Assembly: GCA_965218585.1 (NCBI GenBank)
Contig: CBDCLE010000005.1
Coordinates: forward strand, 1 to 64,000
Direction of reading: 5' to 3'
From: Terriglobia bacterium
Lineage (GTDB): Bacteria > Acidobacteriota > Terriglobia > 20CM-2-55-15
DNA: 64,000 bases
The position numbers were made by a program, and so were the translations under genes. The notes under the pieces were generated by a model that was not told where the DNA came from, ran no database searches, and saw only the letters and a list, made by a program, of their open reading frames with translations. Shown here piece by piece: positions 29,217-38,506 of this stretch; the first letter of the stretch is position 1, and every line of letters begins with the position of its first letter.

Positions 29217-30271
29217 TCATTCCAGTCCGAAGTTTCCCCCGAAGCGGCCCCCGGAAGATTCGTCTTCATTCTGAAAGCCTTCACCCACTTGTGCTGCGGT
29301 CATGGCGCCCCGCGCGACACTGCCAAAGGGGTCGTCCGCCAGCTTGACTCGCGCGATCTCGAGCGGGAACTTCTGAGCACCCAATGCAGATTTAAACTGC
29401 TCGGTGAAACCCCGGGCCGTCGCTGTTCCTCCAGATAGGATGACCGGAAGCGGTTCATTCAGCTTGGGAATGTTAATCATCTTGCCGACTTCCTTCGTCA
29501 GGGTCACGGCAACATTCTGAATCAGCTCAGGGCATTCTCGATCTTGGATTGCCCGTCCGTTCGTGTCAGGTCGACACCGTCTTCCTTGATCGAGCAGACA
29601 TAACTGGCGTGCTCCCCGACGGCGAGGGCCGTCTTCTCGTCGATCCAATCTCCTCCACTGGCCAGACTGAATGTCATCAACGGCAGGGACCGGTAGGCAA
29701 AACACACATTGACCATGCCGCCGCCGAAGGACATCCCGATTCCGGTGAAGTGGTCATCTCCGCCAAGTTCGGCGAAAACCACTGCCAAGCCTTCGTTGAT
29801 CGGTTTCGCGTCGTAGCCGAGCGTTCTGAGCATCGACTGCAAGGTCTGGCGATGATAGGCAAGGTTGACCTCGGCATCGATCGGTTCCCCAGGAATCGAG
29901 TAATAGAGCATCTCGCCCGATTGGCGGGCGGCGCCAATCACCCGTGAGATGATCATCTCAATCATCGGCAGGGCTTCGTCCTCCGACGAACTGATCAATC
30001 CCCTCCGCAGAGGCCTGCGGACGTTCTGGCTGGAAATGTTGGCGAAGTCCAGGGCGCCGCTTCCGACGATGTAAATGTCATCCTGGCTCTTCACAAATTC
30101 CATGTCGGCCATGGCGAGCATGGACTCGGTAAAATCATTCTGGTCTACGCCGACGAAAGCCGTCCTCTCAGAATTAAACACGACTTCCTGGCCGCTCCGT
30201 TCGGCGGACCGAACGAAAGACGTACCGACGTCGAGACCCTTCCCAAAGTAACGTCGCCGCTCCTTCGCCAT
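29217..30271 (-). pseudogene. Actin-like ATPase of the volactin/Mad28 type, frameshifted near 29525
   Basis: GLDVGT, RRPL..G, INEGLAVVFAEL, GIGMSFGGGMVNVC, GGDWID, then in another frame ILSGGT and VARGA. Confidence 0.8.
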
Positions 30272-30663
30272 GTCGATCTCCCTGTTCATTGATTCGACCC
30301 CACCCGGCACCGCGAACCGCAGGTAACCCCACTGTGTCACCCGAGACTAGCAACGGACCAAGTAAACTCTAAGTTGCTGTAGCTTGAACCACAAGAACCA
30401 CTCGTCGTGCTCGGAAAAATCCCAGCGACCGAGTATAGCGAGATTATCCAAGAAACCGCAGGGGAGAACAAACGGCCATGGATTCGAAACTGGTCCGGCC
30501 CCCCTTTCGATACACGCTGCGGGAGGAGCCCCTCAATCGGCGCCTGGCCGAAGTGGATGGTTGCCTCGCCTCGGGAGGCATGATGTTGAAAGGAACTGAA
30601 TTAGGTTGGCGGGGCTCGGCTCGAACCGGTGGCGTGGAGGCTCGTTGCCCACGCCCCGGAAAC

Positions 30664-30837
30664 TCAGATTGGGAGTGACCCGGATCCCTGGTCGAAAGCC
30701 GGAAACGGCATCGCTGGAAACTCAGAACGAATCTGGTACTCCTCGTCCTGCTCAGGGTCCATTCTTTCCAGTTGATTTTCGATCACCTCGAGCGACGCGA
30801 TGATCTTGTCCAATTCACTCGCAATGAGGGCATCCAT
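30664..30837 (-). CDS. Small acidic protein (57 aa), not in the ORF track
   Basis: AAAGGAG RBS; MDALIASELDKIIASLEVIENQLERMDPEQDEEY...; sigma-28 promoter upstream. Confidence 0.65.
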   Translation of the reverse strand: MDALIASELDKIIASLEVIENQLERMDPEQDEEYQIRSEFPAMPFPAFDQGSGSLPI

Positions 30838-30871
30838 GCCGGTGTCTCCTTTAGTCGTCCTGCTAAGAGCG

Positions 30872-30899
30872 AAATCGGCAAGGTTTCCGGATTTCTTTA
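30872..30899 (-). promoter_or_regulatory. Sigma-28 (FliA/SigD)-type promoter
   Basis: TAAA-N16-GCCGATTT. Confidence 0.65.
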
Positions 30900-30911
30900 G
30901 TGTCCGGGTGA

Positions 30912-31520
30912 CTATTGATTCCAGACAACGACGTCTGCCCGAGACTCGGTCCCTCTGATATGGACTTCAAACATCGGCCGGACTGTAGTTTCGTACTGAT
31001 GGAGGACACTTGAAACAGTCCGGCCGCGTTCAGTCCGGTCGCGTTCAACCCTTCGCCTCCGTCGCGACTCTTCCCCACAATCCACATAGACGCCAAAGTC
31101 CACCCACTCCCCGAAGGTGCGGTGCAGAGCGAAAAGTCCGTCAAGAATCACAACGCGGCAGGGTGGGAACCATTCGGTCCCGGTTCTCATATGTCTGCTG
31201 AAGTTGTAAACAGGCTTGCGGATCCCTGCGCCTGAATGGAGTGACTTCAAGTGCTCCTTTAACAATTCGGTGTCGAGCGCCTTGGGTTCGTCGAAATTGA
31301 AATCCATCCCCTCGGGCATAGCCGGACGCGAGTGGTAGTAGGAATCCATTGCAAGAATTCCTGACTCCGGAATCTGTCCCACGAGACCACTGGAAACAGT
31401 GGTCTTTCCCGCACACGAACCGCCGCCCACACCGACGACGATCGAGGCCCCCTCGCTTGACGCGACCCATTGGGTGATTTTTCTCAATCCTTCGTCGACG
31501 TTGAGCGGGGGCTGTCCCAC
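30912..31520 (-). CDS. udk: Uridine kinase family protein
   Basis: GGGSCAGKTT, MDSYY, NFDEP.A.D, PVYNF..H.R, RRVERD..ERGR; start uncertain. Confidence 0.85.
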   Translation of the reverse strand: MGQPPLNVDEGLRKITQWVASSEGASIVVGVGGGSCAGKTTVSSGLVGQIPESGILAMDSYYHSRPAMPEGMDFNFDEPKALDTELLKEHLKSLHSGAGIRKPVYNFSRHMRTGTEWFPPCRVVILDGLFALHRTFGEWVDFGVYVDCGEESRRRRRVERDRTERGRTVSSVLHQYETTVRPMFEVHIRGTESRADVVVWNQ

Positions 31521-31527
31521 GGATGCT

Positions 31528-31950
31528 TCAATCCTCGGGAATGGGCCGGGTTCGGTCCTGTTTGAGGCGCGAACGCCGTTTCTTCTCATCGAGCCGCTGC
31601 TGTCTGGCCGCGCCCGGGGTGCGGGTTTTCTTCCAGGGGCGCGGGACATGCAGTGCGTCGGAGAGAAGCTCGGTGAGTCGCTGTTCTGCGGCCGCTCGGT
31701 TCATCTGCTGGGTCCTGTGCCGTTGGGAGCGGACCTTGAGGACGCCTTCTTTGTTGATACGGCTCGCCAGGTGCTCCCGGATGCGCTCGCGCTGAACGTC
31801 CGAGAGACACGCTGATCGGGCGACGTCGAAACAGGCGGTCACCCGGGTTCGTACGCGGTTGACGTTCTGCCCGCCAGGCCCGCTACTGGTGCCGACGTGA
31901 AATTCGAGTTCGTCGTCCGGAATCAGTAGTTCGTCTCCAACTTCGATCAT
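31528..31950 (-). CDS. arfB: Alternative ribosome rescue factor B
   Basis: SSGPGGQNVNRV, SQRHRTQ..N, basic tail RLDEKKRRS.LK. Confidence 0.95.
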   Translation of the reverse strand: MIEVGDELLIPDDELEFHVGTSSGPGGQNVNRVRTRVTACFDVARSACLSDVQRERIREHLASRINKEGVLKVRSQRHRTQQMNRAAAEQRLTELLSDALHVPRPWKKTRTPGAARQQRLDEKKRRSRLKQDRTRPIPED

Positions 31951-31987
31951 GTTCACTCCCCACACGCGCTTAACCAGAACATATAGA

Positions 31988-32422
31988 ATGGCTCACACCA
32001 TGAAACCCCGGATCATCATTCGCAAGGTACAGGTTATTGTTTACTGTAGAACGCCCGAGATCCAGATTCTTCTTCTTCAACGTCCACCGGACCGAGGTCA
32101 CATTTGGCAGCCCGTTACTGGAAAAATGGAACCGGAGGATCGTCACGTCATGCATTCAGCCGGACGCGAACTCGAGGAGGAAACCGGCATCAGCGATGTA
32201 CTTCACTTCATCGAGACCGGAGTGGAGTTTCACTTCAAGGACGGTGCGTCTGAATTTCGGGAGCATCTGGTTGGGGCTGAAGTCGAGCGATTCCATGCGG
32301 TCACTCTGTCGAGTGAGCATGTCCGGTATGAATGGTTGACGCCGCTTGAAGCCTCTTCGCGCCTCAAGTGGGACACAAACCGTGAAGGGCTTCAGGTCGT
32401 GATGTCGAGCATTAAGGATTAG
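31988..32422 (+). CDS. NUDIX hydrolase (NudB-like)
   Basis: LLLQR, WQPVTG, Nudix box RELEEETG, LSSEH..Y.W. Confidence 0.9.
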   Translation: MAHTMKPRIIIRKVQVIVYCRTPEIQILLLQRPPDRGHIWQPVTGKMEPEDRHVMHSAGRELEEETGISDVLHFIETGVEFHFKDGASEFREHLVGAEVERFHAVTLSSEHVRYEWLTPLEASSRLKWDTNREGLQVVMSSIKD

Positions 32423-32488
32423 AGACATCTGTCACAGTCTCTCAGTTTTGAAAGTACGCGTGAGGTTTGCTCTTCGCTATCCTCCCAC

Positions 32489-32680
32489 ACTGACGCCTTG
32501 GCTGCGCCTCGTTGTCCATCCGCACGGGGGCCCGTGCGGATTCTCCTTGCACCCGCTTCAACCTTCCGGTGTCTTAAAAACGCCTCGCAATCATCCTGAT
32601 TGCGAGGGTCGCCGGTCGTTCGGCCCACGCGTTTTTGACGCGCTAGCGTTGGTCAGCCGCGTGAACGACCGAGCGAAATC
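32489..32680 (+). repeat. Structured intergenic repeat, copy 2 (long form)
   Basis: CTCGCAATC/GATTGCGAG, GGTCGTTC..GAACGACC, GAGCGAAATC; 5' module shared with copy 3. Confidence 0.85.
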
Positions 32681-32727
32681 TTCTGCGACACAGGGCACTA
32701 CTCCGGGGCTACCTGCTCGTGCCAGGC

Positions 32728-33810
32728 TTAATTCCTTGGGATCAAATGGACAATCGAGGCTTTAAATACTGCGGATACCGAAACTCCGGGCGCCAGATCG
32801 AGGTCGGCGGCGGCCTGACGGGTCACCAGGGCGATGAGTTCGAAGCCGACGTCAAGGATGACCTTGGTCAGTGTTCCTTGAGGAACCATCTCTCGGACGT
32901 GTCCGGCGAGATGATTTCTGGCACTGCTCTTCTGGGCGGTGCCCTGTTCGAGAGTGACGTCCTCCCCGCGGATCGAAACCCAGAAGGCCGTTTCGCCCTC
33001 ACCCGGGTCCATCGCCACCAGTTCGGTCGAGTCCACGCGAATCCGGGCCACCCCACCCCCGCGTTCGATGAGGTTCCCCTTCGCCACTGTCTCGACACCG
33101 ACCGCAGCAGCCACCTCTGTATCTCGAGGACGTGTCAGGACTTCCTGCGGAGTCCCCCGTTGCAGGAGCCGGCCCCGGCCCAGAACCATCATCTCATCTC
33201 CAAGCGTCAGCGCGTCCACCCAGTCATGGGTCACCACCAGGGCAGGTATCTCCAGATCGCGCAATAATTTGTGCAAATACGACCGGACACTCTCCCGCGT
33301 CGCTTCGTCCAACGCTGCAAACGGCTCATCCAACAAGAGAATCCGGGGATCGCGCACCAAGGCACGTGCCAACGCAACCCGCTGTTGTTGCCCTCGGGAA
33401 AGCTCGCCCGGTTTCCGCTTCCCGAACTCTTCCAAACCCAGACGAGAACATATTTCATCGATCTTACGGTTTCGCGCTTCGCGTGAAAGGGTTCCGAGGC
33501 CAAACCCGATGTTGTGGCGAACGCTCAAGTGGGGAAACAGAGCAAAATCCTGAAACAGGAAACCTATGGGCCGTTTCTGCGGGGGGATCCAGGTTCGACT
33601 TCCATGTCGGCTCCACAACTGGTCCCCGTACTGGATCTCGCCACCGGTCGGCCGCTCCAGGCCGGCCACACAACGGAGCAGTGTGGTCTTTCCAGCTCCA
33701 GAAGGACCGAAGACGATAGAGATTCGTGGGGGATCGGAAGGCAGTTCGAAATCCGCACGAATTGTCGTCCCGTCCGGATAGCGCTTATGAATGTTTGCTC
33801 GCAAGGTCAC
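32728..33810 (-). CDS. modC: Molybdate ABC transporter ATPase
   Basis: GPSGAGKTT, LSRGQQQR, LLLDEPF, C-terminal TOBE (SSARN). Confidence 0.92.
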   Translation of the reverse strand: MTLRANIHKRYPDGTTIRADFELPSDPPRISIVFGPSGAGKTTLLRCVAGLERPTGGEIQYGDQLWSRHGSRTWIPPQKRPIGFLFQDFALFPHLSVRHNIGFGLGTLSREARNRKIDEICSRLGLEEFGKRKPGELSRGQQQRVALARALVRDPRILLLDEPFAALDEATRESVRSYLHKLLRDLEIPALVVTHDWVDALTLGDEMMVLGRGRLLQRGTPQEVLTRPRDTEVAAAVGVETVAKGNLIERGGGVARIRVDSTELVAMDPGEGETAFWVSIRGEDVTLEQGTAQKSSARNHLAGHVREMVPQGTLTKVILDVGFELIALVTRQAAADLDLAPGVSVSAVFKASIVHLIPRN

Positions 33811-34493
33811 GGCGCACGCCCCGGTTCAGGCCATGCGTTCCAAATCGATCGGTTGACGGCGTAAACGGCTGCAAGAACGGCAAAGGAAAAGACCAGGAGG
33901 ATCAAAGCCGTCTGGTTTGCCGCTGAGTAATTGAACGCCTGAACTTCATCGTAGATATCGATGGAAACAGTTCGCGTGACGCCTTCGATGTTGCCACCCA
34001 CCATCAGGACCACGCCAAATTCCCCAATCGTGTGAGCAAAACTGAGCACGAAGCCGGTCACCAGACCACCCAGAGACTGCGGCACGATCACCCTTAAGAA
34101 CGTCCCAAAGCGCGAGACGCCCAACAGCCAGGATGCTTCCAACAGACGCCGGTCGACGGTCCGGAATGCGGATGCCATGGGCTGAACTGCAAACGGGAAG
34201 CTGAACAACATGGATCCCAGAACGAGACCTTCAAAGGTGAACGGAAGCGTGCCTCCGGTTAATCCTCGGTACCATTGGCCGAGCGGACTTCGCGGACCCG
34301 TAGCCACCAGGATGTAAAAACCCACGACCGTCGGCGGTAATACCAGAGGGAGCGCCACGAGGGCTTCGACGAGAAACTTCCATCTGCGTGTTGAATACGC
34401 GAGCCAATAGGCCGCCGGAACGCCGACAAAGAGGAGGATGACCGATGTTGCCCCTGCCAATCGCAGACTCGTTCCGAGCGCAGTCCAGTTCAT
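33807..34493 (-). CDS. modB: Molybdate ABC transporter permease
   Basis: LPLVLPPTVVG, FAHTIGEFGVVLMVGGNI. Confidence 0.95.
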   Translation of the reverse strand: MNWTALGTSLRLAGATSVILLFVGVPAAYWLAYSTRRWKFLVEALVALPLVLPPTVVGFYILVATGPRSPLGQWYRGLTGGTLPFTFEGLVLGSMLFSFPFAVQPMASAFRTVDRRLLEASWLLGVSRFGTFLRVIVPQSLGGLVTGFVLSFAHTIGEFGVVLMVGGNIEGVTRTVSIDIYDEVQAFNYSAANQTALILLVFSFAVLAAVYAVNRSIWNAWPEPGRAP

Positions 34494-34497
34494 AGAT

Positions 34498-35301
34498 TCA
34501 ATCCGATGGCAGGGAGAAGCCGAAACGCCGGAGGGTCGCCTGGCCACGCTCCCCGAGGATTGCCGCTACAAAAGCCCGGGCGGCCTCAAGTCTTCCCGTT
34601 CTTCGCGCATGGGAGAGAATCACGCCTCCCTGGACGAGTTCCTGGTGTGCCTGGGCAGGAACAGGCCAGAAGCGTCCCGTTCGGCGCATCGGATCTGAGT
34701 AGGCCAGAGAGAGCGCAATGATGCCCATTTCCGCAGCGCCGGACTGTACGAACTGGGCGGCCTGACCCACGTTCTCTCCAAGGACAAGACGGCCCGAGAC
34801 CCGATCCCAAAGCTGGTAATACCTCAGCGCGTCCTCGGCAGCCCTTCCGTAGGGTGCGTGCCTGGGGTTGGGAATGGAGATTCGGCCCTCGTCTTCGACC
34901 AGCGCATCGACACCGAGAGAAACCACGTCCACTTCAGATTCGTTCCGAACCCAGAGCGCAAGCTGGCCGACGGCATAGGGAAACAAGGTGCCGGGTTCGG
35001 CGAGGCCGGCCCCGTCGAGCTGTTCCGGGTATGCGATGTCAGCCGACAGATAGACATCAAACGGGGCTCCGTTCTGGATCTGGGTGAAGAAATTGCCCGA
35101 GGAACCCAATGACAGGCGGACAGTGTGCCCGGTGCCGGCTTCGAAATCCTCAATGATTTCCCCTATTGCAAAGCCCATGTTCGAAGCCACGGCAACGACA
35201 ATGTCTTCGGCCCGTGCCCCGGAAGGGACTCCGAACTGAAGGTACAACAGCAGGGCGAACACCAGCCCCGCGCCGGGCGGTGTCTTTCGAGGGTCAATCA
35301 C
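34498..35301 (-). CDS. modA: Molybdate ABC transporter substrate-binding protein
   Basis: GSSG...QIQNGAPFDVYLSA, APYGRAA, GENV.QA. Confidence 0.95.
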   Translation of the reverse strand: MIDPRKTPPGAGLVFALLLYLQFGVPSGARAEDIVVAVASNMGFAIGEIIEDFEAGTGHTVRLSLGSSGNFFTQIQNGAPFDVYLSADIAYPEQLDGAGLAEPGTLFPYAVGQLALWVRNESEVDVVSLGVDALVEDEGRISIPNPRHAPYGRAAEDALRYYQLWDRVSGRLVLGENVGQAAQFVQSGAAEMGIIALSLAYSDPMRRTGRFWPVPAQAHQELVQGGVILSHARRTGRLEAARAFVAAILGERGQATLRRFGFSLPSD

Positions 35302-35698
35302 GGATCACCATGACCTCGGTTGCCTTGATCAACGCGGCGGCGTGAACGCCCACGCGAAGCCGCATCTCTTCGGCAGCGGCCCGCGTGATGATCGATGTCA
35401 CTATCTGGCCACCCACATCAATACGCACCTGTGAGAGCAGACCCTCGTGTTTGACCTCAACCACACGTCCGTCGAGCTTGTTGCGACCGCTGATCGAAGG
35501 CCCCTGGCGCGCTTTCCTTCTTCCCGAACGCGGGCGCCTTCCCTCCCGGGAAATTCGGTTGATCTCCGAGCGCGGTATACGATGGTGCCCTCCCGGTGTT
35601 GTGATCGATCCGATGCGGTCTCGATAGATCCATTGTTTTAGCGTTGGATAGCTGATACCCAGTTCTTCTGCAGCCTCTCCTGGGCGGAGTAGTTCCAT
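35294..35698 (-). CDS. Excisionase-HTH plus TOBE molybdate-responsive regulator
   Basis: TPGGHHRIP HTH; ISGRNKL.G.V...IKATEVMV TOBE domain; heads modABC. Confidence 0.9.
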   Translation of the reverse strand: MELLRPGEAAEELGISYPTLKQWIYRDRIGSITTPGGHHRIPRSEINRISREGRRPRSGRRKARQGPSISGRNKLDGRVVEVKHEGLLSQVRIDVGGQIVTSIITRAAAEEMRLRVGVHAAALIKATEVMVIRD

Positions 35699-35765
35699 AC
35701 CGTGATAATACATTTTAATATGATTTAATACAGTTAAAATTAAAACCATATATACATTTATCACT
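35699..35765. promoter_or_regulatory. AT-rich promoter/operator region of the mod operon
   Basis: AT-rich stretch bounded by GTGATAA...TTATCAC inverted repeat; TATTAT -10 box 6 nt before the ATG. Confidence 0.5.
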
Positions 35766-35952
35766 GGTTTCGTAAGTGGCTGATCACCGGAAACATGTTT
35801 TCTATGGGGGTTCCAGCACTTCGGCCGCATAGTTTCTTCCTGAAATTGGCATCTGAGTTATCATTGAGCCCTTCTGGAATCAAAGGTATCGGTGCCGTCC
35901 CCGGTGCCGGCGATTTATTGGAAGAGCCGGGAGACGTCAGGCCGGATTGCGA

Positions 35953-36780
35953 ATGAAAGAAATCGACCACAGCACTGACTGGGAAACCGAGCGCACACAG
36001 CTTCAGGAGAAGATACGGGATCTGGAAGCCGCCTTGATCGAGGCGAAGGAAGTGGCGACCGGTGAAGCCACCGGAGATGTCGGGGCCGAGTATTCGGTAA
36101 AACTGCGTGAAGCCGAACAGGAACTCGAGGAGTCTTCAGCCAAATGGCGGCAGGAGCGCCGTCGTTTAAACGAAGAAATCGAAGAGCTGGAGGTCGCACT
36201 CCGGAAGTCGCGTACCGAGGGCCGGGCGGCCGATGTCCAGGAGGCCGAGGTGACGGCCCGGATCCGGGAAGTTGAGGCCAGCGCAGAACAACGCGTTCAG
36301 GAAGCTTCGGGGCAGTGGACGGCCGAGCGTGAGAGCTTGCAGCACAGTGTCGAAGACATGAAACAATCACTCGCCGAGCAGGAGTCCAAGATCGATCGGG
36401 CCGAACTCGATGCCATTCGGGAGGAACTGCTGACTCGAGTGGCGGAGACCGAAGACGAGAAAGGCCGGATCGAGGAAGAGTTGGCCGCGGCCAAGACCCG
36501 GTGGGAAGAAGAACGCGTCGCCTTTGAAACCCGAATAGAAGAAACCGACCAGGGAGTTCGCACCGAACGTGAAAACCTCGAAACCGAGTTGAGAGAAAAG
36601 TTGACGACGGAATATGAGTGGAAGCTGAAAGAACTCACCTTCCAGAAGGAGCAGCTGGAGCAGAAGCTTAGAGAGTCCGTTCCCGCCCAGCCCGCATCGG
36701 CCGACTCCGGTGATGCTCCGGCCCCATCTGATACTGTGGCAGAGAACGGTCGGAATGGGAAGCCTACCGCCGCGGCCTGA
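35953..36780 (+). CDS. Acidic coiled-coil protein with WxxERxxL repeats
   Basis: E/A/R-rich heptads; repeats KWRQERRRL, QWTAERESL, RWEEERVAF. Confidence 0.8.
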   Translation: MKEIDHSTDWETERTQLQEKIRDLEAALIEAKEVATGEATGDVGAEYSVKLREAEQELEESSAKWRQERRRLNEEIEELEVALRKSRTEGRAADVQEAEVTARIREVEASAEQRVQEASGQWTAERESLQHSVEDMKQSLAEQESKIDRAELDAIREELLTRVAETEDEKGRIEEELAAAKTRWEEERVAFETRIEETDQGVRTERENLETELREKLTTEYEWKLKELTFQKEQLEQKLRESVPAQPASADSGDAPAPSDTVAENGRNGKPTAAA

Positions 36781-36833
36781 CGTACAACCCCGGCCAGGCC
36801 CCCGACGAATAAAGAGACAGCATCGGGTCGGGG

Positions 36834-38228
36834 CTAACGCCCCAGATCAAACGCATCATGTATGAGCCGCACGGCAGCAGGCGCGTCCCTTCCCCGAACG
36901 ACGAACGACAGATTAAGTTCCGAAGAACCCTGCGCGATCATGAGGATGTTCATTTCTGTTCCCCCGAGAACACCGAAGGCTCGAGCAGCAATTCCAGGAA
37001 TGGACTTCATTCCTTCCCCGACCAGGGCGATGATCGCGATATCTGAAACCTCTGCGACGCGATCGACCTGCCGCTTTTCGATTTCCGATTGAAACTCACG
37101 CCTGAGAGCTCGCACCGCACTTTCACCGTCACCCCTGCTGACCACCATGGATATGTGCTGTTCCGAGGATCCCTGAGAAAACATGAGCACGTTGACCTTT
37201 TGCCGGGCAATCGAGGCGAAAGCCCTTTGGGCCGTGCCCGGAACGCCGATCATGCCCCGCCCCTCGATCGACACCAACGTGACTCCCGTTATCGAGGCCA
37301 CGGTCTTCACGCCCTGGTGATTCTCGGGTGACTCTTCGGAAATGAGTGTGCCTGCGGCCCCGGGACTGAACGTGTTCTTGATCCGTATCGGTATGCCCAG
37401 GTCTGAGGCGGGCATGATCGTTTTCGGGTGCAGGACCTTGGCTCCGAAATAAGACATCTCGGCTGCCTCTTTGTACGAAAGCCGCGAGAGAAGCCGGGCG
37501 TCCGGCACGATGTCAGGATCAGCCGTCATCACGCCATCCACATCCGTCCAGATCTGGATCTCATCGGCCTCCAGAGAAAAACCCAGGACTGAAGCCGAGT
37601 AGTCCGATCCCCCGCGCCCCAGCGTCGTGGTGACGCCTTCAGGTGTGGCACAGATAAAGCCGGTCACAACCGGGACTACGCCTCGACCAACGATGTCGGC
37701 GAGGGGCCTGCACTTTTTCTTGGTCTGGTCAAAATCGACCAGTGCGAAGTCGGCTTCTTCTTTGGTCACGATCAGGCTGCGGGCGTCCAGGGGCTCGGCC
37801 CGAACCTCTTCCTGTCCAAGAAGTGTAGCAAATATGGGCACGACGAGCCGTTCACCGAAAGAGGCGATCAGATCTCTCGAGCGGGGGCTCAGTTCACGAA
37901 GTAGAAGGACGCCGGTAAACACTTTCTTCATCTCTTCCCACACCGGGTCCAGTCGAGAGTTCACCCTTTTCCTTGTTTCCTGGCTATCTATGAGATCGGA
38001 AAGCGCCTGCTCATGCGTGTCTCGTATCGAAGTTATGCTTTGATTGACTTCGTCAGTGAGGCCACCGACGGCCATGTCTCCGGTGTCGATCAGCCGGTCG
38101 GTGACGCCGCCCATAGCGGAAAGAATCACGACGGGCCGGGAGCCAACCGAATCTGAAACAACGGATGCGGCCGTCCGGATATTTTCAACCGAACCGAGGG
38201 AGGTGCCGCCGAACTCCATGACGATCAT
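36834..38228 (-). CDS. lysC: Aspartate kinase (two ACT domains)
   Basis: FGGTS, SAMGGVTD, TTLGRGGSDYSA, WTDVDG, FGAKVLHP. Confidence 0.92.
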   Translation of the reverse strand: MIVMEFGGTSLGSVENIRTAASVVSDSVGSRPVVILSAMGGVTDRLIDTGDMAVGGLTDEVNQSITSIRDTHEQALSDLIDSQETRKRVNSRLDPVWEEMKKVFTGVLLLRELSPRSRDLIASFGERLVVPIFATLLGQEEVRAEPLDARSLIVTKEEADFALVDFDQTKKKCRPLADIVGRGVVPVVTGFICATPEGVTTTLGRGGSDYSASVLGFSLEADEIQIWTDVDGVMTADPDIVPDARLLSRLSYKEAAEMSYFGAKVLHPKTIMPASDLGIPIRIKNTFSPGAAGTLISEESPENHQGVKTVASITGVTLVSIEGRGMIGVPGTAQRAFASIARQKVNVLMFSQGSSEQHISMVVSRGDGESAVRALRREFQSEIEKRQVDRVAEVSDIAIIALVGEGMKSIPGIAARAFGVLGGTEMNILMIAQGSSELNLSFVVRGRDAPAAVRLIHDAFDLGR

Positions 38229-38297
38229 GGGATCAGACTAGCGCAGAAAGATGGCGTGTGGGAGTGAGATGTTGTCTATAGAACGAGTTGGCGGATG

Positions 38298-38466
38298 ACT
38301 GCCGCCTCGGCTCCGCCTCGTTGGCCTCCGCACCGCGGAACGGTGCGGGTCCTTTTGTGCCTATCCCTAACGCTGAGTTTCTTCCCAGAAGGGCTCGTAA
38401 TCAGGAAGATTACGAGCGTCGCCGTTCGTTCGGACAGGATGTCCGAATGAACGACCGAGCGAAATC
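38298..38466 (+). repeat. Structured intergenic repeat, copy 3 (long form)
   Basis: CTCGTAATC/GATTACGAG, TTCGGACA..TGTCCGAA, GAACGACCGAGCGAAATC. Confidence 0.85.
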
Positions 38467-38506
38467 TTATCGACTAACCTTCAGCCTGCGACTACAAGAT
38501 TCTGCC

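Noticed and set aside
29217-30271. Magnetosome island
   Set aside because: Only a Mad28/volactin-like actin is present. No mamA, B, E, K, M, O, P or Q genes are recognisable.
30478-30678. 66-aa plus-strand ORF with a GGGGAG upstream
   Set aside because: No motif, and it overlaps the end of the better-supported minus-strand small ORF.
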